Positions 40,320 through 53,196 of a DNA stretch of 64,000 bases are shown piece after piece. Positions within the stretch are counted from its first letter, which is position 1, and every line of letters begins with the position of its first letter. Source of the stretch: Basidiobolus meristosporus CBS 931.73 (lineage: Eukaryota; Fungi; Basidiobolomycota); NCBI GenBank assembly GCA_002104905.1, contig MCFE01000006.1:204250-268249 (forward strand), in the 5' to 3' direction. Under the pieces are notes generated by a model. It ran no database searches. It had not been told where the DNA came from and saw only the letters and a program-made list of their open reading frames with translations. A program made the translations under genes and the position numbers.

Positions 40320-41636
40320 GTGGCTTGTTGTGCATCAACATTCAAAACTTAGCCAATTTTACTCCGTTTGAAAATCTAGTACCCTAACTGATTTTCCCTA
40401 ACCCAAACATAACACATCCCAGTTACAGTTTATTTTATCCCACCTCAGAATATATTTTTAGCCATCATTGATGATGTAATTTTCATTTATCTTATGCACC
40501 TATGAACACCCAAATTGATTTCAATCAATCCAGTCCCTTGGCGCTTACTAATTCAACTTGATCAGAAAAGTATAAATAAAGTTTACTGAACCTTTTGGTT
40601 TAGTGTGTGTCTCAACAAAATTAAGATTCTGTCTCAGCAAAAATAAGAATCCAACAATTCTGTTCTAGTTTCTATCCAAGCCTAGTACATCTAGCACTCC
40701 AAAGAACACCAAGCCTAGCCTGCCTAGCAAACAAAAATCATTGTCTTTATAGCCAACCCAGCTATATCCAAGACCAATATTAGATCAGAATCTTTCTGCT
40801 AATATTTCTGCCACTCTCTGACAATTCTAAGATTCTGCACTTAATTGTCCCTTTGGTTCAGTTAAACCATTCAAGAGTTTTATTACACTTTCTCTTTGAT
40901 AGAACATGGCTAGTGTAGCAAGCCTCTTGGCCATTGATGTATCCAAGAGAAAAGTGTACTAAACTCTTTAATGAGTTACCTGAACATAAGTGACAACTAA
41001 GTGCAGAATCTTAGAATTGTCAAGAGTGACAGAAATATTAACAGAAAAGTTCTGGTCTAATATTGGTCTTGTATATGGCTGAGTTGGGCTATAAAGGCAA
41101 CAGAGTTGGTTTGCTATACAGGCTAGGCTTGGTGCTCTTGGGAGTGCTAGATATGCTAGGCTTGGGCTGAAACTAGAACAGAACTGCAGAATTCTTAACT
41201 TTGCTGAGGCACAATCTTAACTTTGTTGAGACACACACTAAACCAAAAGGTTCAGTAATCTTTATTTATATTTTTCTGATCAAGTTGAATCAGTAAGTGT
41301 CAAGAGACTGGACTAATTGAAATATGTTAGGGTGTTCATAGATGCATAAGATAAGTGAGAAATTGTATCCTTAATCAGCTAATGTTTTGGCAACTGCTAA
41401 GTGGTGGATAGATCTCAGATGACTAATAACTTGGAAAGGCTTAGCAGATCAGTTGAGGATGTAGTGACCACATGAAAATCAATCAGGTGTGACAGCTAAA
41501 AATAGATTCTGGGAAGTGATAAAATAACCACAACTGGGATTAGTAATGTTTGGGTTAGGAAAAATCAGTTAGGATACAAGATTCTCTAATAGAGTAAAAT
41601 AGGCTAAGTTTTAAATATTGATGCACAACAGCCATG
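40320..41636. repeat. Large imperfect palindrome or foldback element (~600 bp arms, centre ~40920)
   Basis: 40320-40460 is the reverse complement of 41485-41636, and 40490-40905 of 40945-41355; ~120 bp extra in the right arm. Confidence 0.85.
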
Positions 41637-41784
41637 AAGCATGCAGACAGCATTGGAAGCATTGCAAGGATGATAGCTAGTGTTCTGCCAAACAAGTCAC
41701 ATTTGACCATTCACCAGTCACTATTATACCAGCAATATCTTGCCAGCCACTTGATAGTTCTATAACAGCACCAGGCTGTACTTG

Positions 41785-44330
41785 TCACTTTGTGCAAACT
41801 GAGCCAGGTGAGTTTGTGATGCCCTTAGGCTCACCCCAGCCTTCTGAATATGGTGTGCAGAATGCATGCTCTGAAGAAGCAGGCTCACTGATGGATTGTG
41901 AGTCTTTCTTCCCTAACAACAGTACCCTGCATGAGCCCAGCAAAATCCCTTTATGTAATGAGACAACACCCATGGAAGAAAAGGCCAAGGACACTTTATT
42001 GAGTCAAGTGAGCCCAGTAATTCATCTTTTAATGAATGATGCAATGTTGTGGCTAGAGAAGTGGTGCATATCCACTAATATCAGTAATGGGGGCTTTGAG
42101 GATTTACAACTACTTCTTGCCAAAATCATCCTGGGATGCAACTTATCATATACATAGTATAAATGAACAACCATCATGCAGCCAGCAACATATGACCCAG
42201 AGACCATCCTGATACCAGCATGTGTTAACAGCTGCATGGCATTCACATCAGAAAATGCCACCATTGCAAGGGGTCCTACTTGTCAGGAATCCACCACTGT
42301 AGGAGGACAACATTGCTTGCACTCCAGATATATCCCAGTGATACCCCATCTATAGAAGCTCATGCAGTCCAACAAATATTGTGAAGCTTTGAAGTACCAC
42401 ATGTTGTGAAAAATTTGTATTTCCACCTAAATATTCACCTAACTTAGTCACTTAGATCATCACCTTCAAATCCTAGAGAATACTGACCAAATTCCTTGTC
42501 AGGATTTACTTAGAATATTTTTACCAAAATACCAGGTACCCAGAACATGAAAATTCTCAAAGTTGTCCAAACAGCCCCAAACTTTGCACACATGTTCTTG
42601 GGACCTTCCTTAACCTATTCTACATGTTTGTAATGCCAAGACCAGGTAAAAGCATAAATACTACTTTTACATTCAATAAATCATTAAGTGAAAACCACAT
42701 AATCTACTTGTTCTCCAAATCACTTCCAATATCTCCAAGACTCTTACAACACCACACTCAGTATCAATCAAGCACAAACATACCCAATATGTTCAATGGC
42801 AAACATTACACACAGCTAAGAAGCAAGGGCTACTTTGAAGATATGTATAACCATGCCTTTGCCATGGCACTTGATGGATTCTCATTAAACAGGTATGCTG
42901 ACAGCAAATCATGCTGGTCACTGATTCTCATCAACCTGAATATACCACCTATCTTATGGTATCAGAGCAGAAATCTGATGGTAGTCTTGCTGGTATCTGG
43001 ACCTAAATCAATATCCAACCTGGACAACTACCTCTATCCATTGCTGGATTAATTTTGTATGCTTTCCGGCAAGATAACAGTGAATGGCTGTCAAGACAAA
43101 GTGCATATTGTTATTTGCATTGGAGATACTCCAGCCATCAACAAGATAGCTGGCCTTTCTGGGCACAATGGACTGTATTGCTGTCAAATGGGCAAGATCC
43201 AGGGGACTTACTCCATAAGCCACACACATTATTATTATCCAAACACAAACACTATGAGCATCAAATTCCTGCAGAGAGAACCTACAGAAGTCAGCATGCC
43301 ATTGTAGCAAAGCTGGTAAGCTATAAGCAAGGGGCAAGAATATGGAACTAATCAGAAACCAGAGATATTTGAGATAGAGGGTATCTGTTGGAGCAAAAGC
43401 CTTCCACTAAGAGCAATGCATTTACTCTTCAACCATATCCCTATACTGATGCCAAAGTTGTACATAGCAAGGACTGCATGAACTGGATATGAACTTATTC
43501 AAGTGACCTTCTGAAGCCATTTCTATCAAGAGTACATTGGAAGCATTGGGAGTCATTTGTGTACATTGTAGGAATATTTATCCAGAAGCATATCACCAAT
43601 GCCAACTTAATGCATCTACAGCTTTTGTGCAAGGAGTTTATGACAGGATTTGAGCAGCTATACTACAAACATAAAGCTGAATACATAGATCTCTGCTGCT
43701 ACTGTATCCATTTGCTACTACATCCTGCTTGGTGTGTTGATAATATTGCACCTTGCTCCACCTTTTGGGAGTTCCCTATGGAGCAGATGTGTGGGGAGAT
43801 AGGAAGACAAGTCAAGTTGCAGGTGCTACCATATCCCAATCTCATCAAGAATACTACCTTCAAGTCTGTCATGGATGTGATGAGTCAGTGCATGGAGGAC
43901 AGCCAGGAAGAGTTGGAAAATACTAATGACAGATATGCACATGGAGATGCCTATGCCTAGGGCATTAAGAAGCTAAGCAGCCCCAATGTGTGTGTAATCA
44001 GTTAAGTAATGCAAAGTTGAGTTGGGTGCAACAAGCAACTAATTTTTAAGAGAAAAACTCTACCAAGGTATGCCAGATTTCTCATGGTCACAAGCCAACT
44101 TCTACACCTTTCTATACAGAATTCACTCAAACAAGAGCCAGAGCGCACCTGTAAGGGGGACTAAAACCCAGCAGGGACAAGGAATATATTGGCTAAATAA
44201 CAAAACGTTCTTTGCAGATATTCAGGAGGTATTCATGGTAGAAGTGGCAGCAACCAAGCATATGTTTGTAAGATGTATATGGCAACTTTGCAAGCTTCAC
44301 ACTAAAAAGCCATAAAGTTGAGGTGTTAGA
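41785..44330 (+). pseudogene. Tnp2-family (Transposase_21 plus DUF4218-like) transposase pseudogene
   Basis: 'AMALDGFSL...SCWSLILINLNIPP...VSGPK', 'IGDTPAINKIAGLSGHNGLYCC', 'IHLLLHPAW...FWEFPMEQMCGEI'. Confidence 0.85.
42402..42751 (+). repeat. Copia solo LTR with perfect 5-bp TSD (CCACA) inside the transposase
   Basis: CCACA at 42397-42401 and 42752-42756. Confidence 0.92.
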
Positions 44331-45100
44331 AGTATGTCAATTGCAGCAGGTGTGCATATGTGTAGAGGTTAGTGAGCAGGATGTCATAGTATATTTTAAT
44401 TCAAACTATAGGTGAATTACTCAAGATAGTAGTGTGTAAGCAAATACAAAGGGGTGATTTTACAGAGAAATATATGAATTGTGCAAGGGGAGGTAGAAAA
44501 GAAAACACCATTTAGCAAATTAGTATGGTAGCATTATACAGAACTAGCTGTAGGTTGCTTACAGCTGTGATAATGCCATCAGAAGCTTGTAAAGAGGCCG
44601 CCAAAACACTGTCAAGTTTTTTGCCATATAAGGCAATAGGATGTACTTGCCAGTTAGATCCATTCAGATAGTTTTAAAGCACACCAAGTTAGCAACAATG
44701 CCATGCAACCCTTGGCAAAACAATTTACAAAAACTGTTATATTTTATCAGCCTTATTTGGCTGTAAAATTAGCAAAATGCTGTTGTGATCCCATCACAAG
44801 ATTGTGTAGATGGTCATTGATTCCAAGCTGCTGGTATTATAGTGATCTCCTGATGAGATCTTGCCAGCTGATCTGGATTGGATCCACCTGTGGGACCAAA
44901 CTGTTTTTCATTGGGATATGGTAGTACCTGCAACTTGACTAATCTTCCTATCTCCCCACACATTTGCTCCATAGGAAACTCCCACTAGGAGAAGCAAGGC
45001 CTCATATTCTCCACACACCAAGCAAGATGTAGTCAAGGGTTGATGCAGTAGCAGTCAAAGAGTACTATGTATCTAGTGATAGATTAACTAAGCTTAGTTT

Positions 45101-45174
45101 ATTGGTAGATATATCTAATTCTAATCATTGGTAGATATCTAATTCTAATCATTGGTAGATATCTAATTCTAATC
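45101..45174. repeat. Minisatellite, 3 x ~24 bp (ATTGGTAGATATCTAATTCTAATC)
   Basis: Directly visible tandem units. Confidence 0.9.
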
Positions 45175-45659
45175 TAGCACTCTATGGCTTGGCAATCTGT
45201 AGCCCTAATGCAAGTAATCAATGCAACTCAAGAGGTAGCTTACATCTATCAGCTTGCCCAAGTGATCACAATTATTTTGAACTTTGTCTGTGAGAACATA
45301 TTAATTTTTTTGCATTGGATACAACCTATATTATGCCCTAAAACGCTAGAATGAAATCAGTTAAAAAAATTGAGTAGAGCAACCTCCTGCCTAACTACAC
45401 TGAGTTACCTGATATAAGACTTTTAATAATCTGAAAGTAGCTACATTGCCAGTACCATTCAAGGTATCAGTACCATATTTATATCAAATATGGCTGGAGT
45501 CAAGATTACCAAGTATACAGTTGCTCTTTACAACTTCCAATTAAATGAAAGCTACTCCAGTACACTTGAATTGAGTAAACTAATTTATTATTGTAGTGTG
45601 CCACATCCAAGTATATCTGAGGCACACTTGCATACATATAAGCAGCCTTATGTTATATA

Positions 45660-46040
45660 ATGCTACTCACCTGACTTAGTCACTTAAATCATTACCTATA
45701 AATCTTAGAGTATACTGACCAAATTCCTTGATGCATCTATACACTCGGAATATTTTCACCAAAAAATAAGGTACCTAGTACTTGAAAATTCTCAAAGTTG
45801 TCCAAGCTGCCCCAAACCTTGCACACATTTTCTTGGGATCTTACTGAACATATTCTTTATATTTGTTTCTCCAAAATCAGGTTAAAGTATAAACTCTACT
45901 TTTGCATTTAACAAATCTTAAGTGAAAACCACATACACTACTTGCTTTCCCAATAACTTCCAATATCCCCAGAACTCTTACAACAGACCACATACTCTAC
46001 TTGTTCTCCCAATTACTTCCAATACATCCAAGACTCGTAC
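45660..46040 (+). repeat. Degenerate Copia-family LTR
   Basis: 'ttagtcacttaaatcattacc...ctcaaagttgtccaag...ctcttacaaca'. Confidence 0.65.
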
Positions 46041-47220
46041 ATTTGTGAATAATTTCCTTGTGTCTAAGCAAGTGCATGTGTTTTAAGACTCTACTCAGCT
46101 TATTCTTGTATTCCAAGCTACTTATTTACAATATAGCTTGTATAATATCACCTATTTTTCAAGATAGTGGAAGTCTGGAGCTACTGAAAGATATTTGCAG
46201 AATTAGTGCTTTATGCTATGTACACCAATGATACAGGGAAGTTAAAGAATCTATAGTGAGTGTGTCTTTATCAATAGTGATGGAAAGTCCAGGGAGAATG
46301 TCATGACAATCTGGAGCCCTTTGGATGACATTGGAGTATCTGATAGCATCAACTTCAAGTATTCCGATTTTGAGTATTTGAGGTTAAACTTAACCAGAAG
46401 TTTGTGGGGACTTGAAAGCTGATATAGTAGGATCTGAGTGGCCAAGTCAGTAAGTATATATAGGCATAGCCAAATAATCTACAACTGCATCTGTACCCAT
46501 TTAAGAGATTGTACTAGAAAGTAGTACAACAGTAGAGAGAAGTGGTAATCCTGAAAGGGATATTGATTCAATATGTGTCAAGGCTAACCCAAACAAGTCA
46601 TGATGCCAATATACCACCGTGAGAATTTTAGCAAAGTAGTGAATGGGACTCCATTGAACCAAACTATGAGGCACTGACTGCTGTAGGTTTTCTCAACGAT
46701 CACCAACAAAATACCCGACACAAATGTGCAAAACCATAAATCAAGTAATAGATGTCACACCCATTGGCAAAACGTTAGGACCACTTGGAGTCAACCCTAT
46801 GTCCGAGATGCAATGAGTCAAACCTCACTAGAGCATGATCAAAAATATGCATCCTTGAGCCTGTATAACTTTCACCAGTAAGTAACGCAACATATTAGAG
46901 AGATTTTACCAGGATTACTGTATAATATATGGCGTACAATATATTATAGAATGATACCATAGGGAGGCATTGCGATTTCCTCCACTTCACAAACTCATAC
47001 CGCTATAAAATGTGAAGGGAATATGGCTGAAATGTAATTCGATTGAACAGCAATTGCATTGTAGAAAGCAGGTACTAAACATACCATACTCTGCTGATGG
47101 CAACTATGGCTCTGCATATTGAAAGGATATCCACACCACTCAATGGTACAAACCAATCGCCATTGATGTGATGACGCTGTTTCATTTGGTAGCTTGGTGA
47201 GATTCATCTTGTGAGATGTA

Positions 47221-47727
47221 TTGCGAACGCTACGGAGTTGGCCAATCATCAAAATAAAGATCGCAAATTCCAATCCCCCCGAATCACTCGTCTATTGTTC
47301 CGCAACCGGCTTAGCTATCCTGCAGATGCTTCCGCAATGCTTCACCAGAGGCATGAGCACATCACTTCCAACCAAACAATCCAACGGCGAGCATCTCATT
47401 TTCGCGGAACCATCACGAAACCAAGGGACAATTCTACCAACTTTGGAACCATGGTTTAGACTGAGTCATGAAGCAAGTCGAAACAATCATGATTTTACAC
47501 CTAACCAATTAGTTGGTAATCCATTGTGTACAACACCTTTGCTCATTCTTCAGAATCATGGTGGGATCGAGGTCAAACAAAGGATCAGGAGCACTGGATT
47601 CACCATCCCACTAAGCTCTAGATGCAAATATACACCCGTTGTGCTCGCCTTTGACCCCCTCCACTACTCAGCAGCTATAGGTCAACCCCCTCCCCCCGAA
47701 TATATTACCACCGGTGAGCTGAAGTGA
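47221..47727 (+). CDS. Hypothetical ORF ending in a PPPPEY motif
   Basis: 168 aa open frame in CpG-normal DNA; no family recognised and start uncertain. Confidence 0.25.
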   Translation: MRTLRSWPIIKIKIANSNPPESLVYCSATGLAILQMLPQCFTRGMSTSLPTKQSNGEHLIFAEPSRNQGTILPTLEPWFRLSHEASRNNHDFTPNQLVGNPLCTTPLLILQNHGGIEVKQRIRSTGFTIPLSSRCKYTPVVLAFDPLHYSAAIGQPPPPEYITTGELK

Positions 47728-49708
47728 GCACCAGAGTAAAATCATAGGCCAACTCCACATCGAGGCACTTGCTTTGTTCATAAGCCCATCCTTCAAGATG
47801 TCAAGTGACAAAATATCACGTATGTTTCAACTTATCCACCACCGAACTCCACTTGAAACCTTGGAAACCTCCGAAATCACCCACAAGAAAGTAGGGAGTG
47901 GTTCGCATGGTTGTTCCGACCTAGTCTGCAGAGGGATTACCACCCCAACCACCTATGGGTCACTCTGGCGGTAAGAGAACCCCTCGTTTTGTATGCTGCT
48001 CGTTCATGACATCCCGCACCCCGTAATCCCTAGGTCAGTATTCAATTGCATATCTCGACCCCGATGGGGCTAGGTTTCACTCGAGCTTTACTGGACAGAA
48101 AATCGCCTCTCCCGTGCGGTATCATGAGAGTGATGTTATGTTACCCATAGATTTCCGAGGCCGATCTCAGAGAGCGAATACTGCCAAGCTCCAGTGAGCT
48201 TCACCGTCAAGAGCACTGATAGCTAAGGATGCGCCAGTTAAGAGCCTGTCTGGATGCATATATAGCATAGCACGGCGCCTTTTGGCGGACGCCAAACCAT
48301 CTGGATCCTTTAGAACTGCAGGCGGCTGAGGTACGGCGGGTCAGGACTGGTTCAAGGGGAATGAAGCTGTTTCGGGTTGAAAAGCATCCTACTCGCCTAA
48401 AGGGCTCGCGCCAGCCTTGAGCCTCGAGAAGTCAGGTTTCTGGTCGAGCCATGAAGACAGTCTCATCATCTTACCCGCTTACTAATTCGTTATCCCTAGT
48501 TCATTCTAGTACAAACCAAAATAACCGGAACCCCCATGTTGACCGAGCTTACCATCTTCGAATCATGTGAGTCTACGGGAGGGGCCGAGGTCGGGTCACT
48601 GAACGTGATGGGATCATGAAGCAACCAAGATGAGGCGAGTTCCGCTTGACTCACGATTCGATGAGGGCTGATCAGGTCATGAACCAGTTGGCTGATTGTA
48701 TGATTAGGGCGATTCGCATCATCATGAGTCTTGCTGGGCAACAAATTTTAAGGGGTTCGGAAGAATTCTAGCGATCAGCTGTGGAGAATTCTCGGAAATG
48801 CCATGCAAACACCGCATCTCGAAGAGAAACCACTCTAGTAAAGCACGCGTTCGAAGCAGAACAATTGTGGTTCAGACTGGAAGTCATGGCGGGGCATCCG
48901 CGTGTCCGCCGCCGCCTATGGGCTGGCATCTGGGCCCCCATCCAAGCGCCATGCCCTCTTTTCTTGATGATATCATTTGCAATCAAGCATTACCATTTCT
49001 CAGGGAATTTCCCCGAGATACCATGAACAAATAACCCTATGGATCTCGGAATAGTTCGCTAATTGACACTCAGCCTCTGTAATCTGTTTGCCTCATGGCT
49101 GGTATGGTGCACTCACTGATCACGCTGGCAATTAGTTGTGGCATTCCAATCAGAATTCTGCCTTGATTCACATTCTTTCCATCAGTGTCATTCCCTATTT
49201 CAACCAGGATTATAATGACCCCAAGTTGAACACAAACCACCGGCCCAATGGAGGTGGCGGTTGATGTTGTGTGGGTCGTCTTGCGTATGGAGTCGAGGCG
49301 CGATCCTGGTGTGTATGCTCACAACGCCACAGGATCTACCGGTGAGTTCTATGATGGCCGTATGGCTGGCCAAACGCTCGCTGGACATCGTTGCTGAATG
49401 GGCTTGAAGCCCATAGGTGCAGATTGCTCCTTGTCCAAGAATGCCGCTTGTGCTGGCAGTCTTACACGGGCTGATAGGCCCGCTGCAGGGTTATTATTTC
49501 ATCGAATCTTAGGGTCAGAAACCGGTTACTCTAAATGACTGATACTTCTTCCTGACAAAAATGAGATGAATAATGATTCGTGATTACTATGGTAGGAGAC
49601 TGCGGATGGCGTTTGACCTCCACCCTCGGGATCTAGCCTTTCCCTATAAATACCCAGCACTTGAAAGATTGATCAGATCGATCCAAGCGTTAGAAGGCTG
49701 TTTTATAG

Positions 49709-50191
49709 ATGTTGATGTTGTGCTTTCTGTCGTTACTCATTGCTCTGCTCAATACCTCCCGGGTTCAGGGTGAATCGCCTCTGTCGCCTCCCACACGGGA
49801 TACGCCTGGCAACACATCGTCCAAGAAATCGGGGGTTTCGTATTGGTTTCTGGCCGCTCTGCTCCTAGGGGTCACTCTGATTGGCATAGTGGTTTACTAC
49901 GCGCGCCGGAAATTCAGACATTTCAGAGCAAATCGAGAGACAAAGCGTCGAATCAACATTGCCATTGGGAGCCATATTTACAAAGAAGATCTCCCTCAAC
50001 CACCCGAGGTACTGCCAAGATACTCCATGAAAAGCTCTCAAGTTACATTGGCCCCGCCCATAGTGGACGCAATCACTTCTGTTGCCATGAGAAGGCCACT
50101 TCATGATTCCAATGGCGAGTCTGTCCTGGTGGTTGTCCGGAACTCGCTGGATTCTGACGTAACTGTTGCGCCTCCATGCTATCGTGCCTAA
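49709..50191 (+). CDS. Small type I membrane protein with PY motifs, paralog 1
   Basis: Signal peptide, one TM helix, LPRY and PPCY; aligns with 51153-51629 and 53197-53724. Confidence 0.8.
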   Translation: MLMLCFLSLLIALLNTSRVQGESPLSPPTRDTPGNTSSKKSGVSYWFLAALLLGVTLIGIVVYYARRKFRHFRANRETKRRINIAIGSHIYKEDLPQPPEVLPRYSMKSSQVTLAPPIVDAITSVAMRRPLHDSNGESVLVVVRNSLDSDVTVAPPCYRA

Positions 50192-51152
50192 ACCCCATGT
50201 ACATCCGCTTCTTTTTGTTTCCGGGCGAACCGCTCTCAATAACCACGTTATGAGAAATTCGTGGCCGTTGTAAATAGCAGTCCGTGGCGATACTTGGCTA
50301 TCCGCTTTTTGGAGCGACCGGACTCTGTATCTACCATTTCTTGAGACATTGTTGATTTCGAACTGATAACTAATCCCGACCACTACCTACCAATCATTTT
50401 GTTGAATACCCTCTCATAAACCCAATAAACCGCGAGCAGTCCTCGTTATCCTCTGACATCGCCGTTGGATGCATCCTTTTTACGAGTGATAAGCCGGAGT
50501 CGGGTATTTACAATGCTCTGTGGAACGAACAAAACGTGCGTGGCCTGGATCTCTAACCAGAATACCAATCTGTGCTTAGATCCTTAAATTCACAAATTAG
50601 ATGAGCTTGGATCCGGAATCTATCCATCCCATGCTTAGTCAAGGTTTGCTACGCCTCTCCTGCATCGCTATTTGCCACTCTCGATGGATAGGAAGCGGAT
50701 CGTTTCTTTCGCAAAGCGAATGCTCGATGATGCTTTCTGGGGACTGTGGCTAGAGCGTAGATTGGCTAGGTTGCAACAGACATTCCCTACCATCGGCGAA
50801 TGATGCCCCACACATCCTCCTGGGTCCATGCTAGCCACGTTAACAAGCATGACGGAATGGTTGTTGCTTAACGATCAACTTTTATCACTAGCTGGATGCA
50901 CCCAATGACACTTTGGACTTGACAACGAGTGCGACGCTGTGATGCATGCCAGATTCGATGCCCTATTGGGCGCATACAGATGGTCTCTGTGTTTGGTGAG
51001 GCAGAAATTATCGCGATTTACCTGGATACAGAATTGCCGCACTGCATGGACGGCTGATCGTCGTAATATGACTCATTTGGAGTGATTTCGTGTTCCTGGT
51101 AGCGCTGCTATATAAGGAATAAATCTGGTCGGTAGATTTAGCGTAACACACC

Positions 51153-51629
51153 ATGCGATATCTCTTTCTTCTAACATCAGTGCTTTCTTGCAGTTTGTTA
51201 GTTTCATGCCAATCGTCCCTAGAGGTCAACAAGCAGCTCGAGAAGTCCTCTATCAAGACCCCGATCACCTACCTGCTTGGTGGTCTTCTATCGATAGTAG
51301 TGGTGGTTCTGGCCATCATGTATTTTGCCTATCGGGGCTGGAAGAACCTTCTAAATCGCCGCGAGTGTCAGCGCAGAATTCGACTCGCTCTGAACGACCC
51401 CAAGCTGTATCCGTCAGTGAATGCCACTGAGCTGCCCCCATACTCGTTTCGAGCATCGCAAGTGACGCTACCCAGCAATATGGTGGAGGCAATATCCGAG
51501 AAAACCTTGACTAGTTTAATTAGCGGCACCACATACGCATCGCAGGAACGTTTGGAGGTGATCATTGATAACTTTCACGGCCTACAGCAATCAACTGTAG
51601 TGCCGCCTCCACCTGTATATAATGCATGA
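51153..51629 (+). CDS. Small type I membrane protein with PY motifs, paralog 2
   Basis: Signal peptide, TM helix, 'RECQRRIRLAL', LPPY, 'SQVTLP', PPVY. Confidence 0.8.
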   Translation: MRYLFLLTSVLSCSLLVSCQSSLEVNKQLEKSSIKTPITYLLGGLLSIVVVVLAIMYFAYRGWKNLLNRRECQRRIRLALNDPKLYPSVNATELPPYSFRASQVTLPSNMVEAISEKTLTSLISGTTYASQERLEVIIDNFHGLQQSTVVPPPPVYNA

Positions 51630-53196
51630 TCCTCTACCTCTCTGTTATATATAGATTGTGCAACACTAGGGGATCCCCGAATCTTAGCTTACAAACCGCG
51701 CCCGTTATTACATTAGTAACCATGGATCATGCTTACTCATTGTACATTTGTGTTGATGCTGATTATAAATATCGAGAACTCAGTGCTAGTCCCGTCAGAT
51801 CACTTGATTGGTTTTATGGGAAACATGCCTGCGATAGTGGGCTAGGGTTAGGGTTGGGGTTGTGGGAGATCAGGCATCCATTAGAATTGGTGGCACAAGG
51901 TAGTACCGAGGACAAACAGTAAAATCCTAATTTGGCTGACTTGAAAGGAGGTGCCAATGCCCTTTGGATATATCAGACATCCTGGTATGAGATCGAAATG
52001 CATCTGTGATATCGACGTGCCACTGGAGTATGTCTTCCCTGATCTTGAGGCAAGCTGCGAAGTGATCTGGTATTCAGGCTGGGTGAGCTCATGACTGGGT
52101 ATGTTACGCTTGCTATGCTCATGCTCAATAATCCAATGTGTATCCCCTCCTCTCTGGACCTTGCTTGGTACAAACGAATAAGAAGTTCTCGATTCGTAGC
52201 TCTGAATCTCATGCATGAAGCTTGGTTGGACAACGCTCGCATAAGCTATGAACATTGTAATGGGACGAAATATCGTCATTGTCGCTTTGTTCGGTTTTGC
52301 GCAAACTCCATCGTGAGGTTGCTAAGGTTGATTTGCTCAGCATCATATGGTGGCAAGCTCAGTAAACGTTACGATTCCGTCGGAATATTGCATGATTTCC
52401 TGTCTTTAGGTCATGGGAAGTCAGCGAGGTGACAACATCATTTGATCCGAACGGTATTGGTGGCTGAGATTCACCGGGACCCTTGGATTATCTTTAAATC
52501 TTTCCTAGGATGAATAGTCCCTTGGGGGGTTTTAAGGGGTGTAATGGAATTTCCAAACTCAAGATTATTCGTCGTGAGAACCTATGTTCTATTGACTCAT
52601 CTTGAGTGCAGCTTGCATCTTCGATTCCCCCGTGACTGACGAGGGGATCAGCGGGATGGTTTGGAAATGGAAAGCCCAGCAGTTGCGGAAACAGCCAGCG
52701 ACGCATCAATTTCGAGGCTTCATTCGGGCCAGTCACTTGATGCATTTGGGCAGCCAGATACACTACAAGCTTCGAAGCCACGCTGGCCTTTGATTCACAC
52801 GTTAGTCACGGAAATGTTCAACTGGGTTTTTCATTTCGATGGTGGTGCTATGAAACTAGAAGCAACTACCTCCTATACCTCGCATACCGCCATGGAACTT
52901 CGTCTCATCAACATTAATTCACTTCTTCCAGGCAGCTATGGAGGCCTGAGATTAAACGCATTCTCAGTGAGGTATGGATGAGCCAAAAGTTTACTTATGG
53001 ATGGTATGCTCCCTCAGATGTACATTAGATTAAGGAATTTATGTTACACGGAGATTAGAAAATTGAAATCTACATAACAAAAGGGTTCATCGTTCATAGG
53101 GCTTGGCCAGGCCGTTGTTAGGCACTCCGTCACGCGTGTCTCCTGATAATTCCTTCTTCAGGACCACAGACAGGCCGATGTAGAAATGATTGCATC

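Larger units (their letters stand above)
37770..44915. mobile_element. En/Spm (CMC/CACTA-superfamily)-like DNA transposon relic, ~7.1 kb
   Basis: Terminal inverted repeats of ~80 bp: CCCTATTAAAAATAATTTGGTCC... versus the reverse complement of ...GGACCAAACTGTTTTTCATTGGG. Transposase relic on + strand, divergent unknown ORF on - strand. No clean TSD found. Confidence 0.7.

Noticed and set aside
48260-48480. GC-rich intergenic stretch as a structured ncRNA (SRP, RNase P/MRP, telomerase RNA)
   Set aside because: No diagnostic motifs or template sequence recognised.
49865-50383. 172 aa minus-strand ORF
   Set aside because: Antisense shadow of PY-protein paralog 1.
51843-51860. TAGGGTTAGGGTTGGGG as an interstitial telomere or healed break
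   Set aside because: Only about two units in intergenic DNA with no adjacent A-D tail; compatible with chance or a factor-binding site.
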